Assembly: GCA_031367325.1 (NCBI GenBank)
Contig: JANLPQ010000056.1
Location: 2,743 to 66,742 of the forward strand
Source of the DNA: Polaromonas sp.
GTDB taxonomy: Bacteria; Pseudomonadota; Gammaproteobacteria; Burkholderiales; Burkholderiaceae_C
Reading direction: 5' to 3'
DNA length: 64,000 nucleotides
This document shows, in pieces, positions 23,179 through 32,675 of the stretch. The notes under the pieces are model-generated. The model saw only the letters and a program-made list of their open reading frames with translations, was not told the origin of the DNA and searched no databases. A program made the position numbers and the translations under genes. Position 1 is the stretch's first letter. Every line of letters begins with the position of its first letter.

Positions 23179-24777
23179 ATGCCACTTGCCCCACACTCCG
23201 CGCGTCACACCGCTTTTAAAACTGCAACCTCTACCGTAGCGAGCGCCCCGCATGCGGGGCAGGGCGGCAATTCGGTACCTTTATGGCGTCAGCTTAACGC
23301 CACCGCAGGCGTGTTGATCGCCGTGCGCAATGGGCGGTCGTGGACTACTGCGCAACTGGATGTTGAACCTGCGCTACGCCCCGGGGTGCAAGCGCTGTCG
23401 TTTGCGGTGCTGCGCCAGTACGGCATGGCCCAGGCGCTGCGCAGCCAGCTAGCGCAGCGCGCGCCTAGCCCGGCGGCAGACGCTTTGCTGTGCTGCGTAC
23501 TGGCACTTGCGGTAACGACATCGGCGGCGGCAGCTTCACCCAGTGCGTCTGATAACACTACAAATAGCGGCAGCAACACACCCAGCAGCGATTTAGCCAG
23601 CACGAATGCAACCAGCTACGAACCTCATACGCTGGTCAATCAAGCGGTAGAAGCTGCCAAGCGCAACCCTGCCACGCGTGCCCAAGCTAACTTTATCAAC
23701 GCCTGCTTACGCCGCTTTTTACGTGAACGTGACGCACTGGTCAGCACAGCGTTGCAGCAACCCACAGCGCAGTGGAACCACCCTGCTTGGTGGCTGCAAC
23801 GCTTGCAGCAAGACTACCCCAGCCAGTGGCAGGCGATTGCCCAAGCCAATGCACAGGCCGCGCCATTAACGCTGCGTGTTAATACCAGTGTGACCACAGT
23901 GGCCGCGTACCAAGACGCTCTGCAAGCCCAGGGCCTGCCATCTATAGCGGTGGGCAGCAGCGGCCTAGAGCTGGCACGCAGCACCTATGTACCCGGCTTG
24001 CCTGTCTACGCGCAAGGCTGGTTTTCTGTGCAAGACGCCGCTGCACAAATGGCAGCGCCGCTGTTGTTGGACGAAGCCTTTGGTAAAGCGCCCATTCCGC
24101 TGCGCGTGCTGGACGAAGCATTCGGTAAAGCGTCCATCCCGCTGCGCGTGCTGGACGAAGCCCTCGAAAAAGCGCCAGCCCCGCTACGCGTGCTGGACGC
24201 TTGTGCCGCACCAGGCGGTAAAACCGCCCATTTGCTAGAGTACGCAGCCACGCGTGGTCGGGCTATCGAAGTGATTGCGCTAGACGTAGACGCCGCCCGT
24301 TGCCAGCGTATCCATGACAACCTCGATCGGCTTAACTTAAAGGCCACCGTGCTGGCCGCAGATGCCGCGCAGCCCAGCACTTGGTGGGATGGCCAGCCGT
24401 TTGACGCTATTTTGCTAGATGCGCCTTGCTCGGCATCCGGCATTGTGCGCCGCCACCCCGACATACGGTGGCTGCGCCGCGAAACCGATATTGCGCAGCT
24501 AGGCCAGCTGCAGCAAACGCTGCTTAAAGCACTGTGGCCCTTGCTCAAGCCCGCCGCCCCTTTGCTGTACTGCACCTGCTCGGTTTTTAAGGCCGAAGGC
24601 CAAGGGCAGATACAAACGTTTGTTACGCACCACACCGATGCGGTTTTACGCCCCTCCCCAGGCCATTTATTACCCCAAATTACGTCGCATCCCGAAGCCA
24701 TGGCTGACAATCATTTGGGTGGACATGATGGCTTTTTTTACGCACTGCTGGTTAAGGCTGCGTTGTTACCCAGCTAG
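23179..24777 (+). CDS. rsmB: 16S rRNA (cytosine967-C5)-methyltransferase
   Basis: NusB-like N-terminus, SAM motif VLDACAAPGGKT, and catalytic Cys motifs LLDAPCSASG and LYCTCS. ATG 23179 follows the LemA stop; the ORF opens at 23143. Confidence 0.9.
   Translation: MPLAPHSARHTAFKTATSTVASAPHAGQGGNSVPLWRQLNATAGVLIAVRNGRSWTTAQLDVEPALRPGVQALSFAVLRQYGMAQALRSQLAQRAPSPAADALLCCVLALAVTTSAAAASPSASDNTTNSGSNTPSSDLASTNATSYEPHTLVNQAVEAAKRNPATRAQANFINACLRRFLRERDALVSTALQQPTAQWNHPAWWLQRLQQDYPSQWQAIAQANAQAAPLTLRVNTSVTTVAAYQDALQAQGLPSIAVGSSGLELARSTYVPGLPVYAQGWFSVQDAAAQMAAPLLLDEAFGKAPIPLRVLDEAFGKASIPLRVLDEALEKAPAPLRVLDACAAPGGKTAHLLEYAATRGRAIEVIALDVDAARCQRIHDNLDRLNLKATVLAADAAQPSTWWDGQPFDAILLDAPCSASGIVRRHPDIRWLRRETDIAQLGQLQQTLLKALWPLLKPAAPLLYCTCSVFKAEGQGQIQTFVTHHTDAVLRPSPGHLLPQITSHPEAMADNHLGGHDGFFYALLVKAALLPS
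24067..24198 (+). repeat. In-frame 42 bp tandem repeat (3 units plus a partial fourth) inside rsmB
   Basis: Units at 24067-24108, 24109-24150 and 24151-24192 encode LDEAFGKAPIPLRV / LDEAFGKASIPLRV / LDEALEKAPAPLRV and run directly into LDACAAPGGKT. Confidence 0.9.
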
Positions 24778-24844
24778 CAACGTAGAGGCCGCGCGCGCGC
24801 GCAGCGCCGGCCGGATAGCGCTAGCAGCCCACAGCTTGCACAAT

Positions 24845-25441
24845 TTGACGGTACTAAACCGATGGGCAACTGCCGTGACGCTGGCCGCGCTGTTAGGTAG
24901 TACCAGCGCATGGGCAGCCGCAGACGTTACCTCGGTTCGCGTAGAGTACAGCGACGAGGGATTTCACCTCAGTGCCACTGTCAAGTTTGACTTGCCGGTT
25001 GTAGTAGAAGAAGCCTTGCTTAAAGGCGTGCCTATGTCGTTTGTCAGCGAGGTGCAGGTTTTTCGTGACCGTTGGTATTGGTATGACAAGCGCATCAATA
25101 CCGCTACCCGTACCGTGCGCCTAGCCTACCAGCCGCTAACCCGGCGCTGGCGGGTAGGGGTAGCCAGTGGCACCGTAGCTGCTGCAGCCACCGGTATAGC
25201 TCTGACACAGCAGTTTGACAGCTTGCCCGACGCCTTGGCTACTATCCGCCGCGTATCGCGCTGGAAGATAGCCGATGCTGCCGATCTAGACATTGACGCA
25301 CGTTACAACATCGACTACAGCTTCAGGCTAGACCTGTCGCAGTTGCCCAGGCCGTTGCAAATTGGTGTGTTGGGCCAATCAGAATGGGACATTAGCGCAC
25401 AACGTTATTTGCGGCCAGAGCCACGCTCTGAAGTCAAATGA
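24845..25441 (+). CDS. DUF4390 domain-containing protein (secreted)
   Basis: ORF 24620..25441 overlaps the rsmB 3' end. Start codons after the rsmB stop are TTG 24836, TTG 24845 and GTG 24875, giving a signal peptide ...LAALLGSTSAWAA. It sits between rsmB and the kinase, where I recall DUF4390 in beta-proteobacteria. Confidence 0.6.
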   Translation: MTVLNRWATAVTLAALLGSTSAWAAADVTSVRVEYSDEGFHLSATVKFDLPVVVEEALLKGVPMSFVSEVQVFRDRWYWYDKRINTATRTVRLAYQPLTRRWRVGVASGTVAAAATGIALTQQFDSLPDALATIRRVSRWKIADAADLDIDARYNIDYSFRLDLSQLPRPLQIGVLGQSEWDISAQRYLRPEPRSEVK

Positions 25442-27783
25442 GTACCTTGCGTGCACCCATAGGCGGCACCCACAGGGCGCGCAATCTGTCTTGGTTGCTG
25501 GGTGTAGGGGCCGCCGCCATGGGCGCCATAGTGCTGGTGCTGATGTTTTTGCTAACCCAGGCCACCAACAACCAAGCCCTGTACGAAGAAAACTACGCCC
25601 GCTTGTTTTTGTTTAACGTGGCTATTGCGGGCATGCTGCTGCTGGTGATTGGGTGGATCGCATGGCGCTTGGTATGGCGGCTGCGGCGCGGCAAGTTTGG
25701 CAGCCGGTTGTTGATCAAACTAGCCGCTATTTTTGCTTTAGTAGGCTTTGGGCCCGGAGCGTTGATTTATGTAGTGTCGTACCAGTTTGTCACGCGCTCG
25801 ATTGAAAGCTGGTTTGACGTCAAGGTAGAAGGCGCGTTGGACGCTGGCCTGAATCTTGGGCGCTCTACGCTGGACACTTTGTCGAATGATTTAAGCGCCA
25901 AAACGCGTGTCGCAGCCGAACAGCTAAGCCAAGCTACTGATGCAGGGGCTGCGGTCGCGCTAGAACGCCTGCGCGAGCAGCTGTCAGCCAGCGATGTGGT
26001 GCTATGGGGCAGCAATGGCCAGGTTATTTCAAGTGCCGGAGATTCGCGTTTTAGCCTGCAGCCAGAGCGACCCACCGCCAGCCAGTTCAGGCAAGTACGC
26101 ACACTGCGCGTGATCACCCAAATCGACGGCTTGGAAGAAGCCAGTGCGGCCAACCCTGCCAAGATGCGCGCACTGGCGCTGGTAGGTGGCAGCCGCATTG
26201 GCCTAGTGTCTGAGTCGCGTTTTTTGCAGGTAGTGCAAGAACTGCCGCCTGCTTTAGTGGCCAATGCGTTGGCGGTGCAAACTGCGTACAAAGAGTACCA
26301 AGAGCGTGCTTTGGCACGTGGTGGTTTGCGCAAAATGTACATCGGCACACTGACCTTGAGTTTGTTTTTAGCGGTATTTGCCGCGGTGCTGTTGGCGGTA
26401 TTGCTGGGCAACCAGATTGTGCGGCCACTGCTGGTGCTGGCCGACGGTGTAGCGCGCGTGGCCGCTGGCGACTTAACCCCTAAAGCCGCCTTGCAAACAC
26501 GCGACGAGCTGGGGGGGCTTACGCGCTCGTTTGCCGACATGACCCAGCAGCTGCTAGATGCCCGCAGCCAAGTGCAGCGCAGCATGACGCAGGTGGACGC
26601 CGCGCGTGCTAATTTACAAACGATTTTAGACAACCTCACCTCGGGCGTCATCGTGTTGGACGAACAAGGCAACATCTTGTCGTCTAACCCCGGAGCCACC
26701 CGTGTATTGCGCTTGCCACTAGCTGCGTACCAAGGCCAGCCCTTGCATGAAGTGGCAGGTCTTGAGGACTTTGCGCAAGGCGTAGCTCACCAGTTCAAAG
26801 CATTTTTGGGCGATCGGTCCTCGCACGGGCTAGACCATTGGCAACATGCGTTTGAGCTGGCCTACCACGCAGGGCCTGCTGCCGCTGCGCAAGCGTTTGA
26901 CCCGCAGGGTCCGAGTAGTGCGCCCACTATTAGTTTAATAGCACGCGGCGCACAGTTGCCTGAGGCGCGCCGCCTGCTGGTGTTTGACGATATCTCGGAG
27001 ATAGTGTCTGCCCAACGCGCGCAAGCGTGGGGCGAGGTGGCACGTCGCGTAGCGCATGAGATTAAGAACCCACTCACCCCTATCCAGCTATCGGCCGAGC
27101 GGATAGAGATGAAGCTGCACGACAAGCTAGAGCCCGCCGACAGCGCCATGCTGACCAAATCAGTCAAAACTATTGTGGACCAAGTAGATGCCATGAAGCG
27201 ACTGGTCAATGAGTTTAGAGACTACGCCCGCTTACCCAGTGCCGACCTTAAACCGCTAGACTTGAATAGTCTGGTAACCGACGTGTTGCAGCTGTATGCA
27301 CCGGACGCTTCGGAGGTAATGGTAACTAGCCAACTGGCCCCAGACTGCCCCCCGATTTTAGGCGACGCACAGCAACTGCGGCAAGTCATTCACAACTTGC
27401 TGCAAAACGCGCAAGACGCCAGTTTGGCCAGAGGGCGCATGGGCTACGACGGCCACCCACAAGAACCCAGCGTCAGCATCAGCACCCAGCGCAGCCCTGA
27501 CGGCACCCGTGTGCGCCTTACCGTGCGCGACAGTGGCACTGGGTTCGCGCCCCACATCTTGCAGCGCGCGTTTGAGCCCTATGTCACCACTAAATCCAAG
27601 GGCACAGGATTGGGTTTGGCAGTGGTCAAAAAAATAGCCGATGAGCACGGCGCGCGCATTGATTTGTCCAACCGATACGCGGCTAACCCTAGCCATAGCC
27701 CTCGCTTGGCAACCAAGGCTGGGGAAAACGATGAAAAAATGGTCTTAGGCGCTCAGGTAATAGTGTCATTTACTGTGGTTTAA
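25438..27783 (+). CDS. NtrY-like sensor histidine kinase (TM-HAMP-PAS-HisKA-HATPase)
   Basis: 781 aa with N-terminal TM helices, H-box HEIKNPLTPIQLSAE, N box HNLLQNA and G boxes DSGTGF and GTGLGLAVVKK. 4 nt overlap with the upstream gene. Confidence 0.9.
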   Translation: MSTLRAPIGGTHRARNLSWLLGVGAAAMGAIVLVLMFLLTQATNNQALYEENYARLFLFNVAIAGMLLLVIGWIAWRLVWRLRRGKFGSRLLIKLAAIFALVGFGPGALIYVVSYQFVTRSIESWFDVKVEGALDAGLNLGRSTLDTLSNDLSAKTRVAAEQLSQATDAGAAVALERLREQLSASDVVLWGSNGQVISSAGDSRFSLQPERPTASQFRQVRTLRVITQIDGLEEASAANPAKMRALALVGGSRIGLVSESRFLQVVQELPPALVANALAVQTAYKEYQERALARGGLRKMYIGTLTLSLFLAVFAAVLLAVLLGNQIVRPLLVLADGVARVAAGDLTPKAALQTRDELGGLTRSFADMTQQLLDARSQVQRSMTQVDAARANLQTILDNLTSGVIVLDEQGNILSSNPGATRVLRLPLAAYQGQPLHEVAGLEDFAQGVAHQFKAFLGDRSSHGLDHWQHAFELAYHAGPAAAAQAFDPQGPSSAPTISLIARGAQLPEARRLLVFDDISEIVSAQRAQAWGEVARRVAHEIKNPLTPIQLSAERIEMKLHDKLEPADSAMLTKSVKTIVDQVDAMKRLVNEFRDYARLPSADLKPLDLNSLVTDVLQLYAPDASEVMVTSQLAPDCPPILGDAQQLRQVIHNLLQNAQDASLARGRMGYDGHPQEPSVSISTQRSPDGTRVRLTVRDSGTGFAPHILQRAFEPYVTTKSKGTGLGLAVVKKIADEHGARIDLSNRYAANPSHSPRLATKAGENDEKMVLGAQVIVSFTVV

Positions 27784-27861
27784 TACACACAGTCGCTAAA
27801 CCGCCACAAGCAGCGGTGCGATGTAAAGAATCCTAATACTAAAGACACAGGTCAAAGCGCT

Positions 27862-28551
27862 ATGGCAAATATTTTGGTGGTGGACGACGAGCTGGGTATT
27901 CGTGACTTGCTCATGGAAATTCTTAACGATGAAGGTCACAACGTAGAAACTGCAGAGAACGCCGGCCAAGCCCGCCAAGCCCGCCAGCGTTTCACACCCG
28001 ACCTGGTGCTGCTGGATATTTGGATGCCCGATACTGACGGCGTCACGCTGCTCAAAGAATGGGCCGCCTCCGGTTTGCTCAGCATGCCCGTCATCATGAT
28101 GAGCGGACACGCCACGATCGACACGGCTGTCGAAGCCACCAAAATTGGCGCGCATTCGTTTTTAGAAAAACCCATCACCTTGCAAAAACTGCTCAAAGCA
28201 GTCAACGAAGGCTTAGCCAAAGGTGGGCGTGCCAAAGCCCAAGTGCTGGCCGCAGCCAACCTAGCGCAGCCCAAAACGCCCGACCTCACCGTCGAATCCG
28301 CCATGATGGGCGGCCAGACTTTGCCCGAAGTGATGGACATTGGCCCAGTGGCCATCCAAAACTTCTCGCTAGACAAGCCACTGCGCGAGGCGCGTGATGA
28401 GTTTGAAAAAGCCTACTTTGAATTTCACCTGTCCAAAGAAGGTGGCTCCATGACCCGCGTGGCCGAAAAGACCGGTCTAGAGCGCACCCACCTGTACCGC
28501 AAGCTCAAGCAATTGGGCGTAGACCTGAGCCGCAACAAACGCAGTAGTTAA
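27862..28551 (+). CDS. Response regulator, receiver plus Fis-type HTH (NtrX-like but lacking the AAA+ domain)
   Basis: 229 aa with receiver motifs (VVDDELGIRDLL, LLDIWMPDTDG) and C-terminal HTH MTRVAEKTGLERTHLYRKLKQLG. No Walker motifs between them. Confidence 0.88.
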   Translation: MANILVVDDELGIRDLLMEILNDEGHNVETAENAGQARQARQRFTPDLVLLDIWMPDTDGVTLLKEWAASGLLSMPVIMMSGHATIDTAVEATKIGAHSFLEKPITLQKLLKAVNEGLAKGGRAKAQVLAAANLAQPKTPDLTVESAMMGGQTLPEVMDIGPVAIQNFSLDKPLREARDEFEKAYFEFHLSKEGGSMTRVAEKTGLERTHLYRKLKQLGVDLSRNKRSS

Positions 28552-28673
28552 GATACAAGCCAAGGTCACCGCAGGCCAACGTACCTTACTTGCAAGTACG
28601 CATTACACGGCCAATAAAATCGCATCCAGTTAAGTTATAATTTAAGGCTGTTCTTAAAATATAAGAACACTTT

Positions 28674-28749
28674 GGCCCGGTAGCTCAGTCGGTAGAGCAG
28701 AGGATTGAAAATCCTTGTGTCGGTGGTTCGATTCCGCCCCAGGCCACCA
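28674..28749 (+). tRNA. tRNA-Phe (anticodon GAA)
   Basis: 76 nt cloverleaf: acceptor GGCCCGG, D-arm GCTC/GAGC, anticodon loop TTGAAAA, T-arm GGTGG-TTCGATT-CCGCC, 3' CCAGGCC-A-CCA. Acceptor pair 5:68 is a C:A mismatch. Confidence 0.95.
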
Positions 28750-28936
28750 TTTATTCATCTCCAGCAATCCATAGACACTTCGATAAGTTTTTGTGTGATC
28801 AGACTAGGCCGCAAAAGCTGCCAAATGGAATTGTTTGAGTCTGCGGCACTGCAAATTCAACAACGCTGCCAGAGACTGTGTATGTATTTCTTCAAGATTG
28901 TGGATTCATAGATGTTCAATTACTCCAACATAGTCG

Positions 28937-29434
28937 CTAGTCAAGCTCAATAATTGCAGCGCCGCACATCTGTGACAGTGCCATAACAACGATGGCGTGG
29001 TCTTTGCGTTGGGGAAGCCCTGATACTGTGACAACGCCCACGTTACCCATACCGATAACTTGAATTGGAAAACTTCCACCGTGCGAGGCGTAATCCCTTA
29101 GCGGCAACCCCATGCTTTCTTCTAGTGAGCCACCTTCGATTTGAAACGATAGTCCAACTCCATAAGAACTGCGATGCAACAACTCGACTGTATTGCGTTT
29201 GCGCCGCGCCCAGTCAGCGTTAGCAGGGGAAGTGCCAGACATAGCATGAAAAAAAACTGTTTCACATGACAATCTAATCTCAATGGCAACAGAAACTTTT
29301 TTAGCTGTACACATTTCATGAATGCTTGCACCAAGAATCCAAGCGGTTGCGTTATCAAAATGTGAAAAGACGAGAGATTTTTCTTGCGAAACAATACGTT
29401 CTAAGTCTTGTGTGATGGTAGTCATGGATTTCAT
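28937..29434 (-). CDS. UPF0303 family heme-degrading-domain protein
   Basis: 165 aa. The blocks ANADWARRKRNTVELLHRSSY and HGGSFPI...VTVSGLPQRKDH match the UPF0303/GlcG-like family as I recall it. Confidence 0.7.
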   Translation of the reverse strand: MKSMTTITQDLERIVSQEKSLVFSHFDNATAWILGASIHEMCTAKKVSVAIEIRLSCETVFFHAMSGTSPANADWARRKRNTVELLHRSSYGVGLSFQIEGGSLEESMGLPLRDYASHGGSFPIQVIGMGNVGVVTVSGLPQRKDHAIVVMALSQMCGAAIIELD

Positions 29435-29736
29435 TTTTAAAAATTACACGACCTAGATAGGTCTGAAATAATTGATATTGGTATGTTTTGGCCAAGCATT
29501 CACAAGACTTCCAAAAGCTTGTAAAAGTGCGGCACTATGAGCGTTTTCTAATGGTCGGCAGCATGACTTTGAATGCTTGTTTGGTGTAAGTTATTGGCCA
29601 CATCTTTGCGCTAGCAACACCTGCGAATCTGTTTAATCTATATGTTGCATCAGAGGCCCCGATGCAACGAAAGACGTTTTATCTTCGGGTATGCATGAGT
29701 TCAGCAGCATCAACGCCGAGTTTGCCATAGCTTTTG

Positions 29737-30912
29737 TTAATTGCTGATACCGCAGTGCACATACAGCCATTGGCGCATACGGGCACGGGCTAAATCTGGG
29801 TCACGTAAAACGCCGCATGCATCTGCCAGCTCAAATACGCGGGCGTAATGTGCTACGCCGCGCGCGGCCTGCAAGCCACCCGCCATAGAAAAATGCGCTT
29901 GGTGTCCGTTGAGCCAAGCTAAAAATATAACACCTGCTTTGTAATGGCGCGTTGGGGCCTTAAAAATCTCGCGGGACAAAGCTACAGTGGGGTCTAAAAG
30001 CGCGCGAAAACTTGCCTTGTTGCCTTTCGCAAGTTCTCCTAATGCCACGGCTGCGACAGGTGCTATTGGGTCGAAAATCCCCAGCAGTCCGTGCGAAAAA
30101 CCACTGTCGTCACCTTCTATCAATTCAGCGTAATTGAAATCATCTCCTGTGTACATCTTTACGCCCCCGGGCAATCTGCGGCGCAATTCAATCTCCCATT
30201 TAGCCTCTAGCAAAGATACTTTGATGCCCTCTACTTTAGATGTATTGGCGCGAATGAGTGCGGCCACCGTGTCAAGTGCTGTTGGTATGTCGCTTGAACC
30301 CCAGTAGCCTTTTAGAGCGGGATCGAACATTTCACCCAGCCAATGCAAAATGACGGGCTGGTCGCTATCCTGTAATAAGCGACCATAGACTTTGAAATAG
30401 TCATCTGCACTGACGGCTGCACGGGCCATGGCCCTACTGGCCATCAAAATGGCACGTCCACCCTCCGTTTGCACAACATCAAATTGCTCACGGTAGGCCC
30501 GCTCAACCTGGTCTAGAGTGACATCTGTACCAGCTACTAATTGGTCAGTGCCTACGCCACACGCCAAGTCGGCACCGGGCACAGTACGTGCATGGCGCAG
30601 CGAGCGCTGAATCAACTCACGCGCTACAGGCCAGTCCACGCCCATGCCACGTTGTGCTGTATCCATCGCCTCGGCAACACGAAACCCTAGACCATAAAGG
30701 TGGTCTCTAAAAGCCAGCGTGGTGTCCCAGTCTACTTTCGGTGAAGCATCAAAAGGATCTGTGGTGGCAATCGGGTCAATCACCAAATGTGCGGCAGCAA
30801 ATACGGTGCGGTTGAATGTGCCGACTGCCCCGACAGGGGTAATGGGCTGTCCTACCAAAGTGTATTTCTTGAGAGAACCGTCAGATCGGGGGAGTTGCAA
30901 AGTGTGCGACAT
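29737..30912 (-). CDS. DUF993 family protein (DapA-like TIM barrel)
   Basis: 391 aa. The block VDWDTTLAFRDHLYGLGFRVAEAMDTAQRGMGVDW matches the DUF993 signature as I recall it. Confidence 0.65.
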   Translation of the reverse strand: MSHTLQLPRSDGSLKKYTLVGQPITPVGAVGTFNRTVFAAAHLVIDPIATTDPFDASPKVDWDTTLAFRDHLYGLGFRVAEAMDTAQRGMGVDWPVARELIQRSLRHARTVPGADLACGVGTDQLVAGTDVTLDQVERAYREQFDVVQTEGGRAILMASRAMARAAVSADDYFKVYGRLLQDSDQPVILHWLGEMFDPALKGYWGSSDIPTALDTVAALIRANTSKVEGIKVSLLEAKWEIELRRRLPGGVKMYTGDDFNYAELIEGDDSGFSHGLLGIFDPIAPVAAVALGELAKGNKASFRALLDPTVALSREIFKAPTRHYKAGVIFLAWLNGHQAHFSMAGGLQAARGVAHYARVFELADACGVLRDPDLARARMRQWLYVHCGISN

Positions 30913-30927
30913 AGATTGTAATAACTA

Positions 30928-32541
30928 TCAAATTTTGCCGAGAATATGGTCTGCGCCTTTTTCAGCCACCATGATGGTGGGCGCATTGGTGTTGCAAGAG
31001 GGAACCCGTGGCATCACTGAAGCGTCTACTACGCGCAGGCCTTGAATGCCTATCAATTTAAGATCAGGCGTGACCACGCTAAGCGGATCGGCAGCCGCCC
31101 CCATCTTGCAAGTGCCTACCGGGTGATGGTCGGTTTTACTGTGCTGGCACGCATAGTCAAAAAGATCTGCATCGCTGGTCAAACCATCTCCAGGCAAAAC
31201 CTCGGATTTAACATAGCGCCTCAACGCAGGCTGGCGCAATAGCTCCCTTGCTAATCGCAGGCCTTTAATGGCCATTGTGCGGTCATGAGGGTCAGCCCAA
31301 TAATTAGGATCGAGCAAAGGTGCCTGCGCTGGGTCATTACTTGCCAGCCGCACTGTGCCACGTGAGCGGGGCCGAAGGTAGGCGGTATTCAAGGTAACAC
31401 CTGCGTTTTGCATCTTGGCCACACCCGCTTCAATTCCTGAACCTAGGCCGAGGTGGAATTGAATATCTGGTGAACGCGCTTTCTCTGCGGCATCGGCATA
31501 CCAAAAGCCACCGGTCTCAAACAAACTAGATGCCACAGGACCCTTCTTCAGCAGTAAATACTGAAGTCCTGCCCAAGCTGCATGGTGCGGCTTGTTGTAC
31601 TTATCGTAAGTATGGTCGCCCGTACATTCTGCAATCACAAACAGATCTAAATGGTCTTGTAAATTCTCACCTACACCCGGCAAGTCGTGCACCACGGGCA
31701 CCCCTACTGACTGCAGGTGGTTAGCAGGGCCAATGCCAGATTGCAACAGCAATTTGGGAGAACCCATCGCACCTGACGAAACTGCCACTTCGCGGTCGGC
31801 TAAGAGACGGATGGGTGAGTTTTTACCGCGTTGTAGTACTTCAACACCTACTGCGCGACCATTCTCAACCAACACCCGTGTTGCCATGGTTTGCATCATG
31901 ACCGTCAAGTTACTGCGACTTCGGATGGGGTGCAAGTAGGCTACAGACGTAGACGAGCGACGCGCGTTGAGCTGCGTCAGCTGGTAGTAGCCCAGCCCAG
32001 CTTGGTACTCTCCATTGAAATCAGGATTAAACGGAATGCCCAGTTCTTGTCCTGCTTGAAAGTAAGCTTCGCATATTGGCAGCGGACTGATGGGGTTAGA
32101 AACACCTAAAGGTCCGCTGTATCCATGGTAACGATTGGCATAGCGCTGGTTATTCTCAGAGCGCTTGAAATACGGCAGTACATCTTCGTAGCCCCAGCCC
32201 ACAGCACCTTCTTGCGTAACCCAATCATCGTAGTCAGCAGGCACACCGCGCGTATACAACTGCGCATTGATCGATGAACCTCCACCAATAACCTTGGCTT
32301 GGGTAAAACGTAAAACACGGTTTTTCAAATGTTTTTGAGGCACGGTATGCCACCCCCAAGAACCAATACCTTTGGTCATTTTGGCAAAACCTGCTGGCCA
32401 ATGAAAGAAGGGATGGCCGTCTGATCCGCCTGCTTCCAGCAAAAGCACTTTCACCTTAGGATCTTCACTGAGCCTATTTGCGAGTACGCAACCTGCAGAG
32501 CCACCCCCAGTGATGATGTAGTCGTAACTTGCGATTTTCAT
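30928..32541 (-). CDS. GMC family FAD-dependent oxidoreductase (choline/alcohol dehydrogenase-like)
   Basis: 537 aa with YDYIITGGGSAGCVLANRLSE and the C-terminal HPVGTCKMG block. Confidence 0.9.
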   Translation of the reverse strand: MKIASYDYIITGGGSAGCVLANRLSEDPKVKVLLLEAGGSDGHPFFHWPAGFAKMTKGIGSWGWHTVPQKHLKNRVLRFTQAKVIGGGSSINAQLYTRGVPADYDDWVTQEGAVGWGYEDVLPYFKRSENNQRYANRYHGYSGPLGVSNPISPLPICEAYFQAGQELGIPFNPDFNGEYQAGLGYYQLTQLNARRSSTSVAYLHPIRSRSNLTVMMQTMATRVLVENGRAVGVEVLQRGKNSPIRLLADREVAVSSGAMGSPKLLLQSGIGPANHLQSVGVPVVHDLPGVGENLQDHLDLFVIAECTGDHTYDKYNKPHHAAWAGLQYLLLKKGPVASSLFETGGFWYADAAEKARSPDIQFHLGLGSGIEAGVAKMQNAGVTLNTAYLRPRSRGTVRLASNDPAQAPLLDPNYWADPHDRTMAIKGLRLARELLRQPALRRYVKSEVLPGDGLTSDADLFDYACQHSKTDHHPVGTCKMGAAADPLSVVTPDLKLIGIQGLRVVDASVMPRVPSCNTNAPTIMVAEKGADHILGKI

Positions 32542-32675
32542 AGTTTTAGACGTTTTAAAATTAAAAATAATTTTTGTTGAACAATAGGGCCTAGTGATTA
32601 GCTTGAGATCAAATAGTTAACTCCATTCCATTGGTAGCGCCATTTTTTCTCAACAGCGCAATGGCGATTGGAGAT

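Noticed and set aside
24006-26699. Long antisense ORFs 24006..24710 (234 aa) and 25767..26699 (310 aa)
   Set aside because: They lie opposite rsmB and the histidine kinase, which carry unambiguous catalytic motifs. The antisense products are Ser/Ala/Arg-rich and low-complexity.
28705-28911. 68 aa ORF starting inside tRNA-Phe
   Set aside because: It overlaps the tRNA and the att-like junction, with no RBS or homology. I also searched here and in 29435-29736 for integrase remnants and recognised none.
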